DNA from: Eledone cirrhosa
Taxonomy: Eukaryota
Direction of reading: 5' to 3'
NCBI GenBank assembly: GCA_964016885.1
Contig: OZ024740.1
Location: 176,948,001-177,012,000 of the forward strand
DNA: 64,000 nt
In this document: positions 14,301-26,387 of the stretch, one piece after another
Position numbering within the stretch: position 1 is the stretch's first letter
How the letters are laid out: every line of letters begins with the position of its first letter
Translations under genes and position numbers: made by a program
The notes under the pieces: generated by a model
What the model saw: the letters and a program-made list of their open reading frames with translations, nothing else
What the model was told of the DNA's origin: nothing
Databases searched by the model: none

Positions 14301-14891
14301 TACACCCAATTGCATCTCTCTCTCCACCACCGGACCTTGTTACCCGGAGATTTACCCATTTGCATTGTCGAGGTTTCCAAACGACCTAAAGATATTTACT
14401 TATTGTTCCACAATGCTTCAAGCAAACTTCAATACTCTCATATATATATATATATATACACATATATATATACATATATACATACATATATATATACGCA
14501 TACATACATAATTGCATTTAAGTAAGTGCCGTACTAAGAGTGAGAAATGAAATTTCGTTTCATTCTATTCCATTTATCGTTTTCGGTGTAAAACGAGCAT
14601 TATAATAAATGTTCGGTAAACCGATACGTGCATATATATATATGTGTGCATTTATGTATATATATACATACTACTGTACGTCTGTATACATATATGTATG
14701 TACGTATACATACATACATACTTACAATTAAGTAAGTGCCGTACTAAGAGTGAGAAATAAAATTTTGTTTTATTCTATTCCATTTATCGTTTTCGGTGTG
14801 CCAGGCCGACTGAACTAACTCGACATGCAAATTAGGCTGCTCAGCCGTAAATATGCATAAAGAAAGTATATACTTTCAGACGTTCAACCAT

Positions 14892-14960
14892 CTGGCAGGA
14901 AGGTATACGATGCTGACGATAGCTAATAAGCTTGAAACTAGTACATCGTTCCTGTGTCAG
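14892..14960 (+). ncRNA. Type I hammerhead ribozyme
   Basis: acgatg-CTGACGA-tagc taataa gctt-GAAA-ctag-TA-catcgt; stem I extends caggaa/ttcctg; palindromic stem III actagt. Confidence 0.85.
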
Positions 14961-15330
14961 TGTTGAACAAAAAGGTGACGTGGTTGCCTAAACACTGTAC
15001 GGCGTAGTTCGGGCTGTTTGTTTGTTTGCAAACAAACAAACCGAGCATTTTAATAAATGTTCGGTAAACCGATACGTGCATATATATATGTGTGCATGTA
15101 TTTATATATATACATACTACTGTACGTCTATATACATATATGTATGTACGTATATATACTTACATTTAAGTAAGTGCCGTACTAAGAGTGAGAAATGAAA
15201 TTTCGTTTCATTCTATTCCATTTATCGTTTTTGGGTGTGCCCGGCCGACTGAACTTACTCGATATGCAAATTAGGCTGCTCAGCCGTTAATATGCATAAA
15301 GAAAGTATATACTTTCAGACGTTCAACCAT

Positions 15331-15399
15331 CTGGCAGGAAGGTATACAATGCTGACGATTGCTAATAAGCTTGAAACTAGTACATCGTTCATGTGTCAG
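15331..15399 (+). ncRNA. Type I hammerhead ribozyme, second copy with stem mismatches
   Basis: acaatg-CTGACGA-ttgctaataagctt-GAAA-ctag-TA-catcgt. Confidence 0.75.
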
Positions 15400-15691
15400 T
15401 GTTGAACAAAAAGGTGACGTGGTTGCCTAAACACTGTACGGCGTAATTCGGGCTGTTTGTTTGTTTACAAACAAACAAACCGAGCATTATAATAAATGTT
15501 CGGTAAACCGATACGTGCATATATATATGTGTGCATGTATGTATATATATACATACTACTGTACGTCTGTATACATATATGTATGTACGTATACATACAT
15601 ACATACTTACACACACACACACATATATATATACATTTTATATATAAATACATACATATATATATAAATATACATATATATATATACATAT

Positions 15692-15776
<85 letters not shown>

Positions 15777-17384
15777 CTATATAAATTAATAAAAACAATG
15801 AATATAAACAAAGAAACAGTTCCTTATATTTAAAAATTCATCATTTTACGATCGTTTCTAGGATATATATGTGTGTGTTGGTATGTATATCATATAGATC
15901 TATGTAAAAATTTTACAAACTATCAGAGGGAATATACATACATATATATATGCTGTCTTCCGAAATATTGGACACTACCGTATATTTGGGTATATGTATC
16001 TACATATATTATATATATATATATTTTGTATCTGTATTTTTGACCGTTGGTCAGTCAATGGTAACATTGAGGACCGAATAAATTAAATTAACCGATATAA
16101 AAGACACAGAAGCGAAAACCAAACAAACAGTGAGTGTGTTCTGTTATTAATTCTGGCAATGTTATTACACAAATATGACGCTCACCAAGTATAACAATAT
16201 TTGTTTCGACACACGATTTCATATCAAAAACCTCGCAAAACTAATTCATCGCCGTTATGGCATTAGCTTGTGCCAAGCTGAAATGTTATTGAAAGACACT
16301 GTTTTCTGTTATATATAAACTACAATAACAACAGAACAAATCCGCCTCTTAAAACACTGTGTTTCCTTCAAAATATACACAACAAACATATCGAAACAAG
16401 TAAATAATTTATTATTGAACAAAACACAAGCTGAACGACTAAAACACACAATAACAGTTAATATGAAAAGAACAACATACACAAAAGTTAACGAAATTTA
16501 CAGACAGAAACGCATTAACGGTAAGGAAGTCCGAAATCTAACCACACCAGACGAGAGGTTGAACTCATGAGCGTCATTCGACGTGAAACGAAATACGCCC
16601 GAAACGAATGCAATAGGCATTTCATTTAGAAATTAGAATGGATGAATAATAAAAAAAAAACTAGAAGAAAGAAAAATAGAATATTCACAAAAATACCCAG
16701 ATAACATCAACAATATCCGTATGACTGATGTAGAACTACCGGAAGAATTTACCAATGACCACACAGTAAATATTTATGGGAACACTTTAATCAGTGAACA
16801 AGAACAACAAATACTGCAGCTCCCACCAAGATTTACTATCTACAAAAAGATTAACCCGATCGAGCGCAAAACGGAGCTGGAAAAGTGTTTCACAAAAATA
16901 CGTTGGAATGCAAGAGTAAACAACAACAACAACTACACGGACAACAACAACAATAATAACGATAGTAGTAATATAAACAATAACTCTGAGTATAGAAATA
17001 ACAGCTATAATAGTAATAGTCATAACAATAACAATAGGAGGAGAGTGAGAAATAGTAATAATGGTAATAATATTAACGATAGACAGAACAACAACAACAA
17101 CCACAATAATAATAATAATAATAATGATTTCATTTATTGGCCACAAGGGCCGACATATAGGGGACAACACAATAGACAGGGACAGTGGGGGTTTACATAG
17201 AGATCGAGTAAGTATAAATAACAAAAAAACAAAAACAAAATAACAATAAAAATACAACAATGAAAGTTCCCCAATAAGAGGGATCACCACCCAGGGTTGA
17301 CTCAAGCACCCCACCAGTCCTGAGCCACCCGACGCTCCTAGGGCACCCGGGAAGGGCACCCCTCTCCTTCTCGAATTCACCAGC

Positions 17385-20300
17385 CTACAGGCGCATGATC
17401 AGAGTAGGCCCACTCACGCGGGCCATTCTCGCCACATTCACCCACCTTTCAGTAAATGTACTGGGGGGCAGCACTTCTCTCTCCACCCTCACCTTCCTTT
17501 CCAAGTGAAACTTGAAGAAGTTGATGAGGGATTGGCCGAAGAGAAAAGTGTCTGTCTTCAGTCCTTTCAACCTGGTCCACCATGCAACCTCTTTCGCTAC
17601 TGCCACCAGGCAGAGGAAAATTGCCTGCCCTTCCTGACCAAAAGAAGGCGGCGGGTCAATCTTCACTATGGACTCGGACGATAGCCGGATCCGTTCTACA
17701 CGCGACAATAGCTGTTCGACATAACCCCACAAGTCAGCAATGCACGGACACTGGACGAGTGCGTGCAGAACGGTTTCGTCGCTCTGCGCGCATCTCGGGC
17801 AGGTTCGTCTGACAGCACTTCCGTGCCTGTAGAGTTTATCCCGAACCGGCAGCGCCCCCCGGTAGCACTGCCAAGCGAGGGATTTCTGGAAGTTATCCAT
17901 CGTCCCCGGCTCGAAAGTCCTCCGGAACATACTGGTCAGTTCTACTTCGTTGACGCCCAGAGCCTCTCCTAGTACGTCATCGCACTTGCCCTCCACTAAT
18001 CCTCTATAGAAATCTTGAGTGGAAGTTCCACTGACCGCATTGCCCACCTTGCAGAGTGCAGTGAGCGCCTGGCAACATTCCAGATGCCAGTCGCCCAGTC
18101 TCGGTCTCTTCTTGACCCAGGACTGCAGCTCAGTCAAAGAGATGAGCTGCGGAAAGGCCCGTCTAACAAACGGCGACCACACCTGTTCACCGTTTAGGCA
18201 AAATATCTGGAGATGTCGCAGCCTCAGCGCATGTCTGCGCATCATTAGCCACGGCATGCCCAGCCCTCCACGAAGAGGGTGCTGGCAGCAGATGGACCGC
18301 CTCACCAACGGGACCCGTCCCCTCCACAAAAATTTGAAAAGGAGCCGTTCCAAATTGGCGAGGCGTGGACGGGGGCAAGGCACGACGGTCAGGCGGTAGT
18401 AGATGACGGACGCGATGTACGCGTTCGCCACCTCCGCCCGCCCTTTCAGTGATAGCTTTCTCTCAGCCCATTTCTGGGTGAGGTTGGCTATCCTGCTCGT
18501 CACCTCGTCCCAATTCTTATCCACCTGGAGGTCTGGTCCGAACCAAACCCCGAGCAACTTTACCGGTCCGTCTGTCCAGCGCCCAACGACGCTGTTGGAC
18601 GGCATGGACTTGCCTCTCCAGGTGCCGAGCTGCAAGCCCACCGACTTTTCCGGGTTAAGTTTTGCTCCCGTCAACCTTTCATATTCCTCCAAATGGGTGC
18701 GGATCACCTCGATTTCCGAGGTGTCCGACACCATCACGGTGATGTCGTCCGCATAAGCGGACGCAGCCTTTCTACGTCCCGGTTCGAGCGGGATGCCCTG
18801 CAACAACTCCAGCTTCCGCAGTAGAGGCTCAAGAGTCAATACGTACAGAAGTGAGGAGAGAGGGCACCCTTGACGGACCGATCGAGAGATCTGAAACGGT
18901 TCCGAGAGGTGGCCATTAACTTTGACCACCGAGCGGATGCCGCTGTACATTGCAGCGATCCAGCTTCTGAAGACGGGGCCGAAGCCAGCCGCCTCGAGGA
19001 CAGCCTCCAAGTACCGATGGTCGACCCTATCGAATGCTTTCGATTGATCTAAATTGATCAGAGCCCCACCGAAGCCAGGTTTGCACCCAACCCTCTCTAT
19101 GATGTATCGCATGAGGTGGAGGTTGTCGTGTATGGACCTGGTCGGGATTGCGCAAGTTTGCGCCTCCCCAACCAAATCCTCGACGACAAGCGCCAACCTT
19201 TTCGCTAACACCTTGGCCAAAATCTTAAACTCTGTGTTGAGCAGGGTTATGGGCCTGAAATTATCTAGTGTGTCCCTCTTGTTCTCGTCTTTCCTTATCA
19301 GCGTCACTACGCCACGGCTCACAGAACTGGGAATGCTCCCGTTCTGCTGCCAGTTGCAGTAGAGCGCTTCGAGGAGATCGGAGAACAAGTCTGGCATATT
19401 TACGTAAAGCTCGTAGGGCAGACCATCCAAACCGGGTGACTTGCGACTCGAGCAGCCGACAAGGGCGTCCTGAATTTCGGCTGATGTTATCGGCTCTTCG
19501 CAGCGCTCAGCGTCGGCCGTCGAGAGGCGTGGCAAGCCGTCGAGGTAGGGACTGAAGTCCGCCGCCGTCTCCGACTCACCCATCCTCCCGAACAATCGAG
19601 CAAAGTGCTGGCGAAAGGCCTCACACATCTGCTTGGAATCGCTCAGTTCGTGTCCATCTCGATCCGTCAAAGACCGAATTGTGGTTTTATTTCCACGCTG
19701 CGTCTCTGCAAAGCGAGCCCATCGGGCAGCTTTGGTTCCCTCGTTCCTCAGAGCACGCGCCTTAGCTCTGACAATGCAACCTTCGTGTTTCGCATTGAAG
19801 AAATGGTCTAGTGCCATTCTCGCCGCTAGCACGTCTGTTGCAATGCCACTACAAATAGCCTCGTCTAACTTAGCTATCAGCCCCTCCTCCTTTCTATTTT
19901 TCTCTATTGCTACTTCTTTGCTAAATCCTATCGAGGTTGCTCTAATCTCTCTTTTGAGTGCCCCCCACCACCTGTTGTTGACAACCCCCCCTGTCAACTT
20001 TTGCTTAACTAAGTTGTTGACCCGGTCCCTGTAAGCTTTACGTGCCGGAAACGACATGTTTAGCTTCCAGTAGCTAGGTCCTAACCTACGTGTCTTATCT
20101 AGGTCGACCATACAGATCACAAGCTTGTGATCTGAATAGGCAACCGTTTTAAAATGTGGACATCCTACACTATTTCTATCTCTTTTCCTAATGAAAATCC
20201 TATCTATGTACGATCTAGATGACCCTATGCGATTGGTCCAGGTCCATACTGGCGCATTAGGGAAATCTAGTCGGTACCTGTCAGACAGTTGAAACTGGCT

Positions 20301-20804
20301 GATCAGGTACTTGAGGCTTTTGCACCCCCCGCTCCTATCAGATACTCCCACACAATCCCAGCGTGCTTCTAAGATGCCATTCCAATCCCCTATTAACAGT
20401 AAAGGGCGAGACGTAAGCAGAAAGTTTTCCAGGCGCCTAAAGAAGTCCGGCCGACCGGCCCCAGTAGGGGCGTAGACGGCCACCAGTCTAAAGGCACCAC
20501 CTTCGCTATTGCTCACGTCCAGGACCACCAACTTTCCGTCAGGATCCCGGAAGATTGACCTTACCTCGAGATCCAGACATTTCCTAAACAGCACAGCCAC
20601 TCCACCTCCCATTCCCGGCCGACTAACAGATGCAAAGATCTGATAATCGTCGAAAATCGGCGCCAGTGCGCGTGTGTCGGAAATTCTGGTCTCGCTGATG
20701 GCAATTACATCCATTCCTAGTGACCTGAGGTCGTTGAGCAAGTGACCTTGCTTCCAGGGCGACCCCAGGCCACGAACATTTAAACTTCCTACTCTTATGG
20801 CCAT
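17385..20804 (-). CDS. ORF2: APE endonuclease, reverse transcriptase and C-terminal CCHC zinc finger
   Basis: SLNVRGL, AISET, GDWN, SDH; KSPGLDG, QGCPLS, YADD; CPRC..ETVLHALVQC. Confidence 0.96.
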   Translation of the reverse strand: MAIRVGSLNVRGLGSPWKQGHLLNDLRSLGMDVIAISETRISDTRALAPIFDDYQIFASVSRPGMGGGVAVLFRKCLDLEVRSIFRDPDGKLVVLDVSNSEGGAFRLVAVYAPTGAGRPDFFRRLENFLLTSRPLLLIGDWNGILEARWDCVGVSDRSGGCKSLKYLISQFQLSDRYRLDFPNAPVWTWTNRIGSSRSYIDRIFIRKRDRNSVGCPHFKTVAYSDHKLVICMVDLDKTRRLGPSYWKLNMSFPARKAYRDRVNNLVKQKLTGGVVNNRWWGALKREIRATSIGFSKEVAIEKNRKEEGLIAKLDEAICSGIATDVLAARMALDHFFNAKHEGCIVRAKARALRNEGTKAARWARFAETQRGNKTTIRSLTDRDGHELSDSKQMCEAFRQHFARLFGRMGESETAADFSPYLDGLPRLSTADAERCEEPITSAEIQDALVGCSSRKSPGLDGLPYELYVNMPDLFSDLLEALYCNWQQNGSIPSSVSRGVVTLIRKDENKRDTLDNFRPITLLNTEFKILAKVLAKRLALVVEDLVGEAQTCAIPTRSIHDNLHLMRYIIERVGCKPGFGGALINLDQSKAFDRVDHRYLEAVLEAAGFGPVFRSWIAAMYSGIRSVVKVNGHLSEPFQISRSVRQGCPLSSLLYVLTLEPLLRKLELLQGIPLEPGRRKAASAYADDITVMVSDTSEIEVIRTHLEEYERLTGAKLNPEKSVGLQLGTWRGKSMPSNSVVGRWTDGPVKLLGVWFGPDLQVDKNWDEVTSRIANLTQKWAERKLSLKGRAEVANAYIASVIYYRLTVVPCPRPRLANLERLLFKFLWRGRVPLVRRSICCQHPLRGGLGMPWLMMRRHALRLRHLQIFCLNGEQVWSPFVRRAFPQLISLTELQSWVKKRPRLGDWHLECCQALTALCKVGNAVSGTSTQDFYRGLVEGKCDDVLGEALGVNEVELTSMFRRTFEPGTMDNFQKSLAWQCYRGALPVRDKLYRHGSAVRRTCPRCAQSDETVLHALVQCPCIADLWGYVEQLLSRVERIRLSSESIVKIDPPPSFGQEGQAIFLCLVAVAKEVAWWTRLKGLKTDTFLFGQSLINFFKFHLERKVRVEREVLPPSTFTERWVNVARMARVSGPTLIMRL

Positions 20805-20833
20805 GCTGGCAGGATGAATGGGAGAGGAAAGGT

Positions 20834-22696
20834 TTACTTACCTTCCGGGGTCTTGTGAAGGTCGGGTGGTTCGACCTCCATGGTTTGTGGGGTTTCTTTT
20901 GGGAACCCCTTTAATAGTCTTGACGTGGGTTTTACGTTCGGGGTTCCCACATCCCGAGGAAAGCTCTTTCGAATTTCTTTGTATGAAGCGAGCGACATTC
21001 GCATCAGAAGCAAATTATCTGGTACGCGAAATGTGCTCGCTTCAAATGTTTCCCCGTCTTTTTCGATGTTTGTGCTTCGTGCTACATGGGCCATCAATTC
21101 CTTGTTGGCCCTTCTGGCAAGCACGAAGTTTTTAATGTTTTGTTGCTCGGGTTTTATTTGTTCGTGTGATTGTGGTGGTGATAGCTTTGTTAGTGTTGTT
21201 TCTATTGTGTCTGCGTTTGTTGTGGGTGGGGTGTCTGTAGTTTCTGATGTTTGTGTGTCTATTTGTTCTTGTGTCTGTTTAGCTTGTTTGCGTTTGGGGG
21301 ATTTTGGTGGTTGTGTTGGTGATGCTGTGGGGAAAATGTTTGTGTGGGTGGTGTGTGTATTTTTTTTTGTGGGGGTGTTTGTGCTTTGTGGATTTCTTTT
21401 TTTTTTGTGTTTTGTTTTTTGTATTTTGGGGGACTTTGGTTTTCCCTCATCTTCACTGCTGGAGGATGAGGGGTCTGTGGCTGTGAGCGTGTTTGTGTCT
21501 GAGTGAGTGTTTATGTTCTTGTTCGTGTGTGTATTTTGGGGGGGAGGGGGAATGGGAGAGCTTTCCTCGTTTCCCCCCTGGGTGTGCAATTTTGGTGGTT
21601 CCATTGTTGACGGTGTTGCTGGTGGTCCTTGTCCCGGCGTCGCCAGCAGTGGAATCTTTCGACCCCTTGCGCTTTTCGGCAGTTGAGGGCAGAAGGCTCG
21701 CAAGTGTGTCGTTTCCCCACAAAGGAAACAATGCGGCCTTTTGCCCTCAGTCATTATATGCAACACCCTCCCGTTTTGGAGGCGGATGTGGTCCGGGATT
21801 GTTTTTACGTTTTCGGGTCTGATTTGGAGCAGTATCTCCAGATCAACCCCGGACCAGTCGTCCCTGGCAGTTCTCGTTGCCTCTACCGGGACTGTATCCG
21901 TTCCTTCCACGATTACGCAACCCAGGAGCCACCACATATCAAGTCCTGGTGGAATCCTGGGAATGCGCACACGTGCTATTCGTTTTCCCATGTGGGAGGG
22001 GTACATTATGACCTTGCTGGTTTTGCAAGGGGTCATTGAATGCTTCACAGCGAGGGCTTCAGACTTGAACAGCACCGAAACGGTGCCGTATTGCCTGCCC
22101 CTCTCTATGAAGTCTGTGTCCTCTCTGATGTATTTCAGTGCGGCTTCTATGTCAGCTTGGGCGATTATCGCTGCCCTCTTTGTCTCTACTGAGATGCATC
22201 TGAAATGCACCGTTCTTTTTTCCACTGCCTCAATGGCTTCTGCCGGGACAGTTAAGTTTGCCCAGGTCTGCTCTTGGTTTATGATTTTCCAGGCCTGGGC
22301 CAACTTTTCCTCTCTGTTGGTTAAGTCGATGCTGTAGCATGGTCTCCTTTTAGCCGCTGCCACAGCAGCGAAAGTGTTCTTGTTGGTGTTGTCACTGTTG
22401 TTGTTCTTGTTGGTGTTGCTGCTGCTATTGCTGTTGTTGTTCTCCCCTGTGTCGTGGTTACCTTCTGTGCTGTTGGCCTTGTTGGTGCTCTCGCTATTAC
22501 CACCTTCTGCGCTGTTCGGCTTGTTGGTGTTGGTGTTGTCGCTGTTACCACCTTCCGCGCCGCTCGGCCCGTTGGTGCTGGCACTGTCGCTGCTCACATT
22601 CGTGCTGGTGGCGCTCCTCGCCTCACCTCTCCTCTCAACGCTCAAGTCGCCGTTGCACGACAGCAGACCCGCCTCTAGGGGGCGTGGCTCCGCCAT
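20834..22696 (-). CDS. ORF1: gag-like nucleic-acid-binding protein with a zinc knuckle
   Basis: 620-aa ORF directly upstream of ORF2; CFLCGETTHLRAFC (CX2CX4HX4C). Confidence 0.88.
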   Translation of the reverse strand: MAEPRPLEAGLLSCNGDLSVERRGEARSATSTNVSSDSASTNGPSGAEGGNSDNTNTNKPNSAEGGNSESTNKANSTEGNHDTGENNNSNSSSNTNKNNNSDNTNKNTFAAVAAAKRRPCYSIDLTNREEKLAQAWKIINQEQTWANLTVPAEAIEAVEKRTVHFRCISVETKRAAIIAQADIEAALKYIREDTDFIERGRQYGTVSVLFKSEALAVKHSMTPCKTSKVIMYPSHMGKRIARVRIPRIPPGLDMWWLLGCVIVEGTDTVPVEATRTARDDWSGVDLEILLQIRPENVKTIPDHIRLQNGRVLHIMTEGKRPHCFLCGETTHLRAFCPQLPKSARGRKIPLLATPGQGPPATPSTMEPPKLHTQGGNEESSPIPPPPQNTHTNKNINTHSDTNTLTATDPSSSSSEDEGKPKSPKIQKTKHKKKRNPQSTNTPTKKNTHTTHTNIFPTASPTQPPKSPKRKQAKQTQEQIDTQTSETTDTPPTTNADTIETTLTKLSPPQSHEQIKPEQQNIKNFVLARRANKELMAHVARSTNIEKDGETFEASTFRVPDNLLLMRMSLASYKEIRKSFPRDVGTPNVKPTSRLLKGFPKETPQTMEVEPPDLHKTPEGK

Positions 22697-23287
22697 GTTT
22701 TTTTGAGAAAAAAATTATTATTTTTTTCAAAATAAAGTTCAAATATTTGGGCCAAAAGGCCCACATATTATGAGTTATTCCTTCACAGGATACAAATTAA
22801 TGTCTTATAATGCTTCAGCGGTACAAAAAATAAACAATTCTCTACAATTAATCCTCAAAAATTGCTTACTCACGGAGCTTCAAAAAACGTACATCCACTT
22901 TCGTCAATAATAATAATAATAGAAACATTAACGACAGACACAGCAGCAGCGACCACAGTAGTAATAATGGTAATAATACGAGTAACAACAACAACAACAA
23001 CCACAGTGGTAATAATAGAAATAATATATGTAGCATCATTAATGATAGACACAACAACAACAAAAACAAGAAACATAATAAAAGTAACAACCACAATGGT
23101 AAAAATAACAGTAACAACAACAATAACGGTGGAGAAAACAACAACAATACATCTAACAATCACAGCAACAATACATCTAGCAATCGTAACAATAATAATA
23201 ACAATAATAATAATGTTAATGATAGGAATAACAACAACCACCATAATAGCAATAATAGCAACACACACAACTATGACGATAGATATA

Positions 23288-23474
23288 ATTGTTTCTACTT
23301 TAGGCACAAGGCCAGCAATTACCCAGTGCATTACTGGTACTTTATTTTATCGACCCCGTAAGGATGAAAGGCAAAGTCAACCTCGGCGGGATTTCAACTC
23401 AGATCGTAAAGGGACGTAACTATGCTGTAAAGCATGGCGTCCGACCCTCTACCGATACTGCCAATCCACCGCCC
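23288..23474 (-). mobile_element. SINE inserted in the PLE, 16-bp TSD tgacgatagatataat
   Basis: TSD at 23274-23289 and 23476-23491; this SINE is absent from the homologous site near 30015 of the younger PLE. Confidence 0.9.
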
Positions 23475-26387
23475 TTGACGATAGATATAATGACAACCCC
23501 TGAGAGAAACTATTCTTCAATCCAGCTGACAAAACATATAAGATGGGTAATATCTATCCTACGAGGTTACCCTTTAATAAAAGAGTTTGCATACCACAAC
23601 AAAGAGATGACGAGACAGAGGCACAGTTCACCATAGCTGGAAATAAGATAGACAGATAGTAGACCGGTATATAAGAGACAGAGCAGACCAGAGATCCAAC
23701 AACTTGGGAGGAAACCTGTAGAAGGCTTGGTTAACCTCAAGCAGCGCACAAGGGATGGTGAGGTAGTATGTCTACCCACGGATAAGTCTGGTAGGATGTC
23801 AATAGACAGCATGCCGAACTACATAAAGACTATGCAACCCACATCACCAACGCGAGCAAAATTGCACAGCAAATACATGATTGGAGAGAGCAAATCGTCA
23901 ACGCTCACATGATGATGTGGACCGACATCCTAAAGCCAAGCAGACACACTGCCAACAACTTCCAGGCGTCTAACAATGGCATACCACCCTTGTATGGGCT
24001 CCGCAAAGACCACAAGACAGTCGACGACCCGCTAACAGGACCACCAAGACCTGTATGCGGAGCAAATATAGCTAGCAACTACAGGATCTCCTACTTCCTC
24101 TCAATGGTTATACGCCCCATAATCAAGATGTCCCCAGATGTATGTGACAGTACAGGGGACCTCCTCAGCAGAATCAGTGAGTGCAACAAAAACAGGAACC
24201 TATCCAACTGCATAATAGGCAGTATGGATGTGGTATCACTGTACCCATCCATTAACATTGATTTTGCTGTGGAAAAATGTGTGGAGATGATCACTGAGAG
24301 TGAGGTAGAGTTCTGCGACGTCGACACATACGAACTGGGCCTCCTACTTAGACTTACCTATGACACTGACTACCTAGACCGCCATGACCTTACACGTTTC
24401 TGTCCCAGTAGACCCATAAGAGGTAGACCCCCCACCATAACCTCAATGGCAAAAAAGACTCCCATGGGAAGGTGGGTTGGGTGGACCAAAGCTATACGGA
24501 CCCCCCAAAACAATGATCAGGTAAGAGAAATGGTCGCACATGCAATAAGGGCTAGTATCAAAACTACCCTAAAGGGCCAGATATTAAAATTGAACGAGAA
24601 GATCTACACCCAAAATGAGGGAGCAGCCATTGGCGTCAGCATAGCTGGTGACATTGCCAATCTGTTTATGGTATGATGGGAAAGGAGACTCAAAAATCTT
24701 GATGAGAGCTCCATAGACCTCATCATGTACTCTCGTTACGTAGACGACATCAATATAGTAATAAGGACATCCCCACAAGATAGTACTAACAAGTTTGATT
24801 TAGAACGTAGCACAATGGAAAGCATCCAGCAGATAGCTAATTCCATACACCAGAGTATAACTGTAACTATCGACTACCCTTCCAAACACCCTAACAATAG
24901 ACTACCTGTATTAGACACGGAACTCTGGATTAACACTATAGACGAGAGAGCCCAAATTCTCCACTCACATTATGCTAAACCCATGGCCTCCAAATACCTG
25001 ATACTCAAAAACTCAGCAATGTCCAGTAGTGCTAAGTTTAATATTCTGATCGCAGACTTGGGACGAGTGATGAAGAACGTGTCCCGCATGTGCGACCCAA
25101 CAGAAATGGAAGGACACATCCAACACTTCATCAACCGCATGCAGTTCTCTGGCTACAACCAAAGAGACAGAATCAGAGTATACGAAGGAGCCACGGAGAA
25201 GTATAAGACCCTCATAGAACTGGATATGAAAGGAATTTGCTCATTATACAGGAGCAAATCATGGAATAGCTTAGATAGGACTAGACATAAGATAGGGAAA
25301 GCCACCTCATGGTACGACTACCAGAGATACGAGAGTGTCATGTTTGTGGACGCTACCCCAGAAGGGAAATTAGCTAACCAGTGTAGAAAGGCCCTGAGAA
25401 AGACCCACTTAAAGATTAAGGTGGTAGAAAAGCCAGGAACCACCATAAAATCCCTGATCAGCAAAACCTACCCTTTTAAGAAAACCCACTGTACCCATAG
25501 GAAATGTATTATATGTAAAGTAAACCCCCGGATAAACTTTAAAACTAGAAACGTAGTCTATAGCATAAGATGTACAGAGGGTACTTGCAGAAACATGACA
25601 ACAACATACATAGGCGAGACAGCTCGTAGCATAGGTGAAAGGATAGACCAACACAGAGGGAACTAAAAGGACGAAAAAACGGTTCAGTACTATACGAACA
25701 TGCCACACAACAACACGACGGTAACATAGACAACATAGAAATTAAAATAATATCTAAACATAGAAATGACCCAGCAGATAGGCAAATCAGAGAGGCCAGC
25801 GAAATAGAACTTAGAAGGCCAAGGCTAAACAGAAAAAATGAATGGAATAACAACAACACCCAAACAAACAACACTGACCTAAGAGAAGTATAAATAAATA
25901 AATAAATAAATACACAAGCACAATAACAACAAACTCATATAAACACACACTAGTAAACTAAGATAGAATACATTAACCAATACACAGTCACCCAAACAAG
26001 AACACACATCAAACAAAACACTATACACACACGCAAACGCATGCGCAGAGAAGACAAATAAATAAATAAATAAACAGATTAAATAAAGATGGCGTAGGCA
26101 TACAATACAACGGGAGGAAACATAATAGCAACACTGACGATGTTGCAGATGTGCAACCAAAGAACTTTGTGAGACTATATATATGTGTTTGTGTCTATAT
26201 TGTATCTGTATTTTTGACCGTTGGTCAGTAAATGGTAACATTGAGGACCGAATAAATTAAATTAACCAATATAAAAGACACAGAAGCGAAAAGCAACCAA
26301 ACAGTGAGTGTGTTCTGTTATTAATTCTGGCAATATTATTACACAAATATGACCCTCCCCAAGTATAACAATATATATATATATATA

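Larger units (their letters stand above)
14515..15610 (+). repeat. Tandem repeat with a 439-bp period, HHR-containing (two near-complete units plus a deleted partial unit)
   Basis: aagtaagtgccgtactaagagtgag at ~14520, 14730 and 15169; HHR cores 439 bp apart. Confidence 0.9.
17126..22905 (-). mobile_element. Full-length, apparently intact L1-clade (Tx1-like) LINE
   Basis: Two intact ORFs; AATAAA followed by an (ATT)n tail at the 3' end; (AAT)n on both flanks as TSD/target. Confidence 0.92.
16025..26372 (+). mobile_element. Near full-length decayed Penelope-like element with direct pLTR-like ends, split by a LINE (17126-22905) and a SINE
   Basis: 16025-16200 repeats at 26200-26372; ORF pieces [12 protein letters not shown].., LLQLPP-like QILQLPPRF, Asn-rich tract, then 23727-25880 RT (RYVDD) and GIY-YIG with frameshifts. 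Confidence 0.88.

Noticed and set aside
17582-22706. Plus-strand ORFs overlapping the LINE
   Set aside because: Antisense shadows of ORF1/ORF2 with no recognisable motifs
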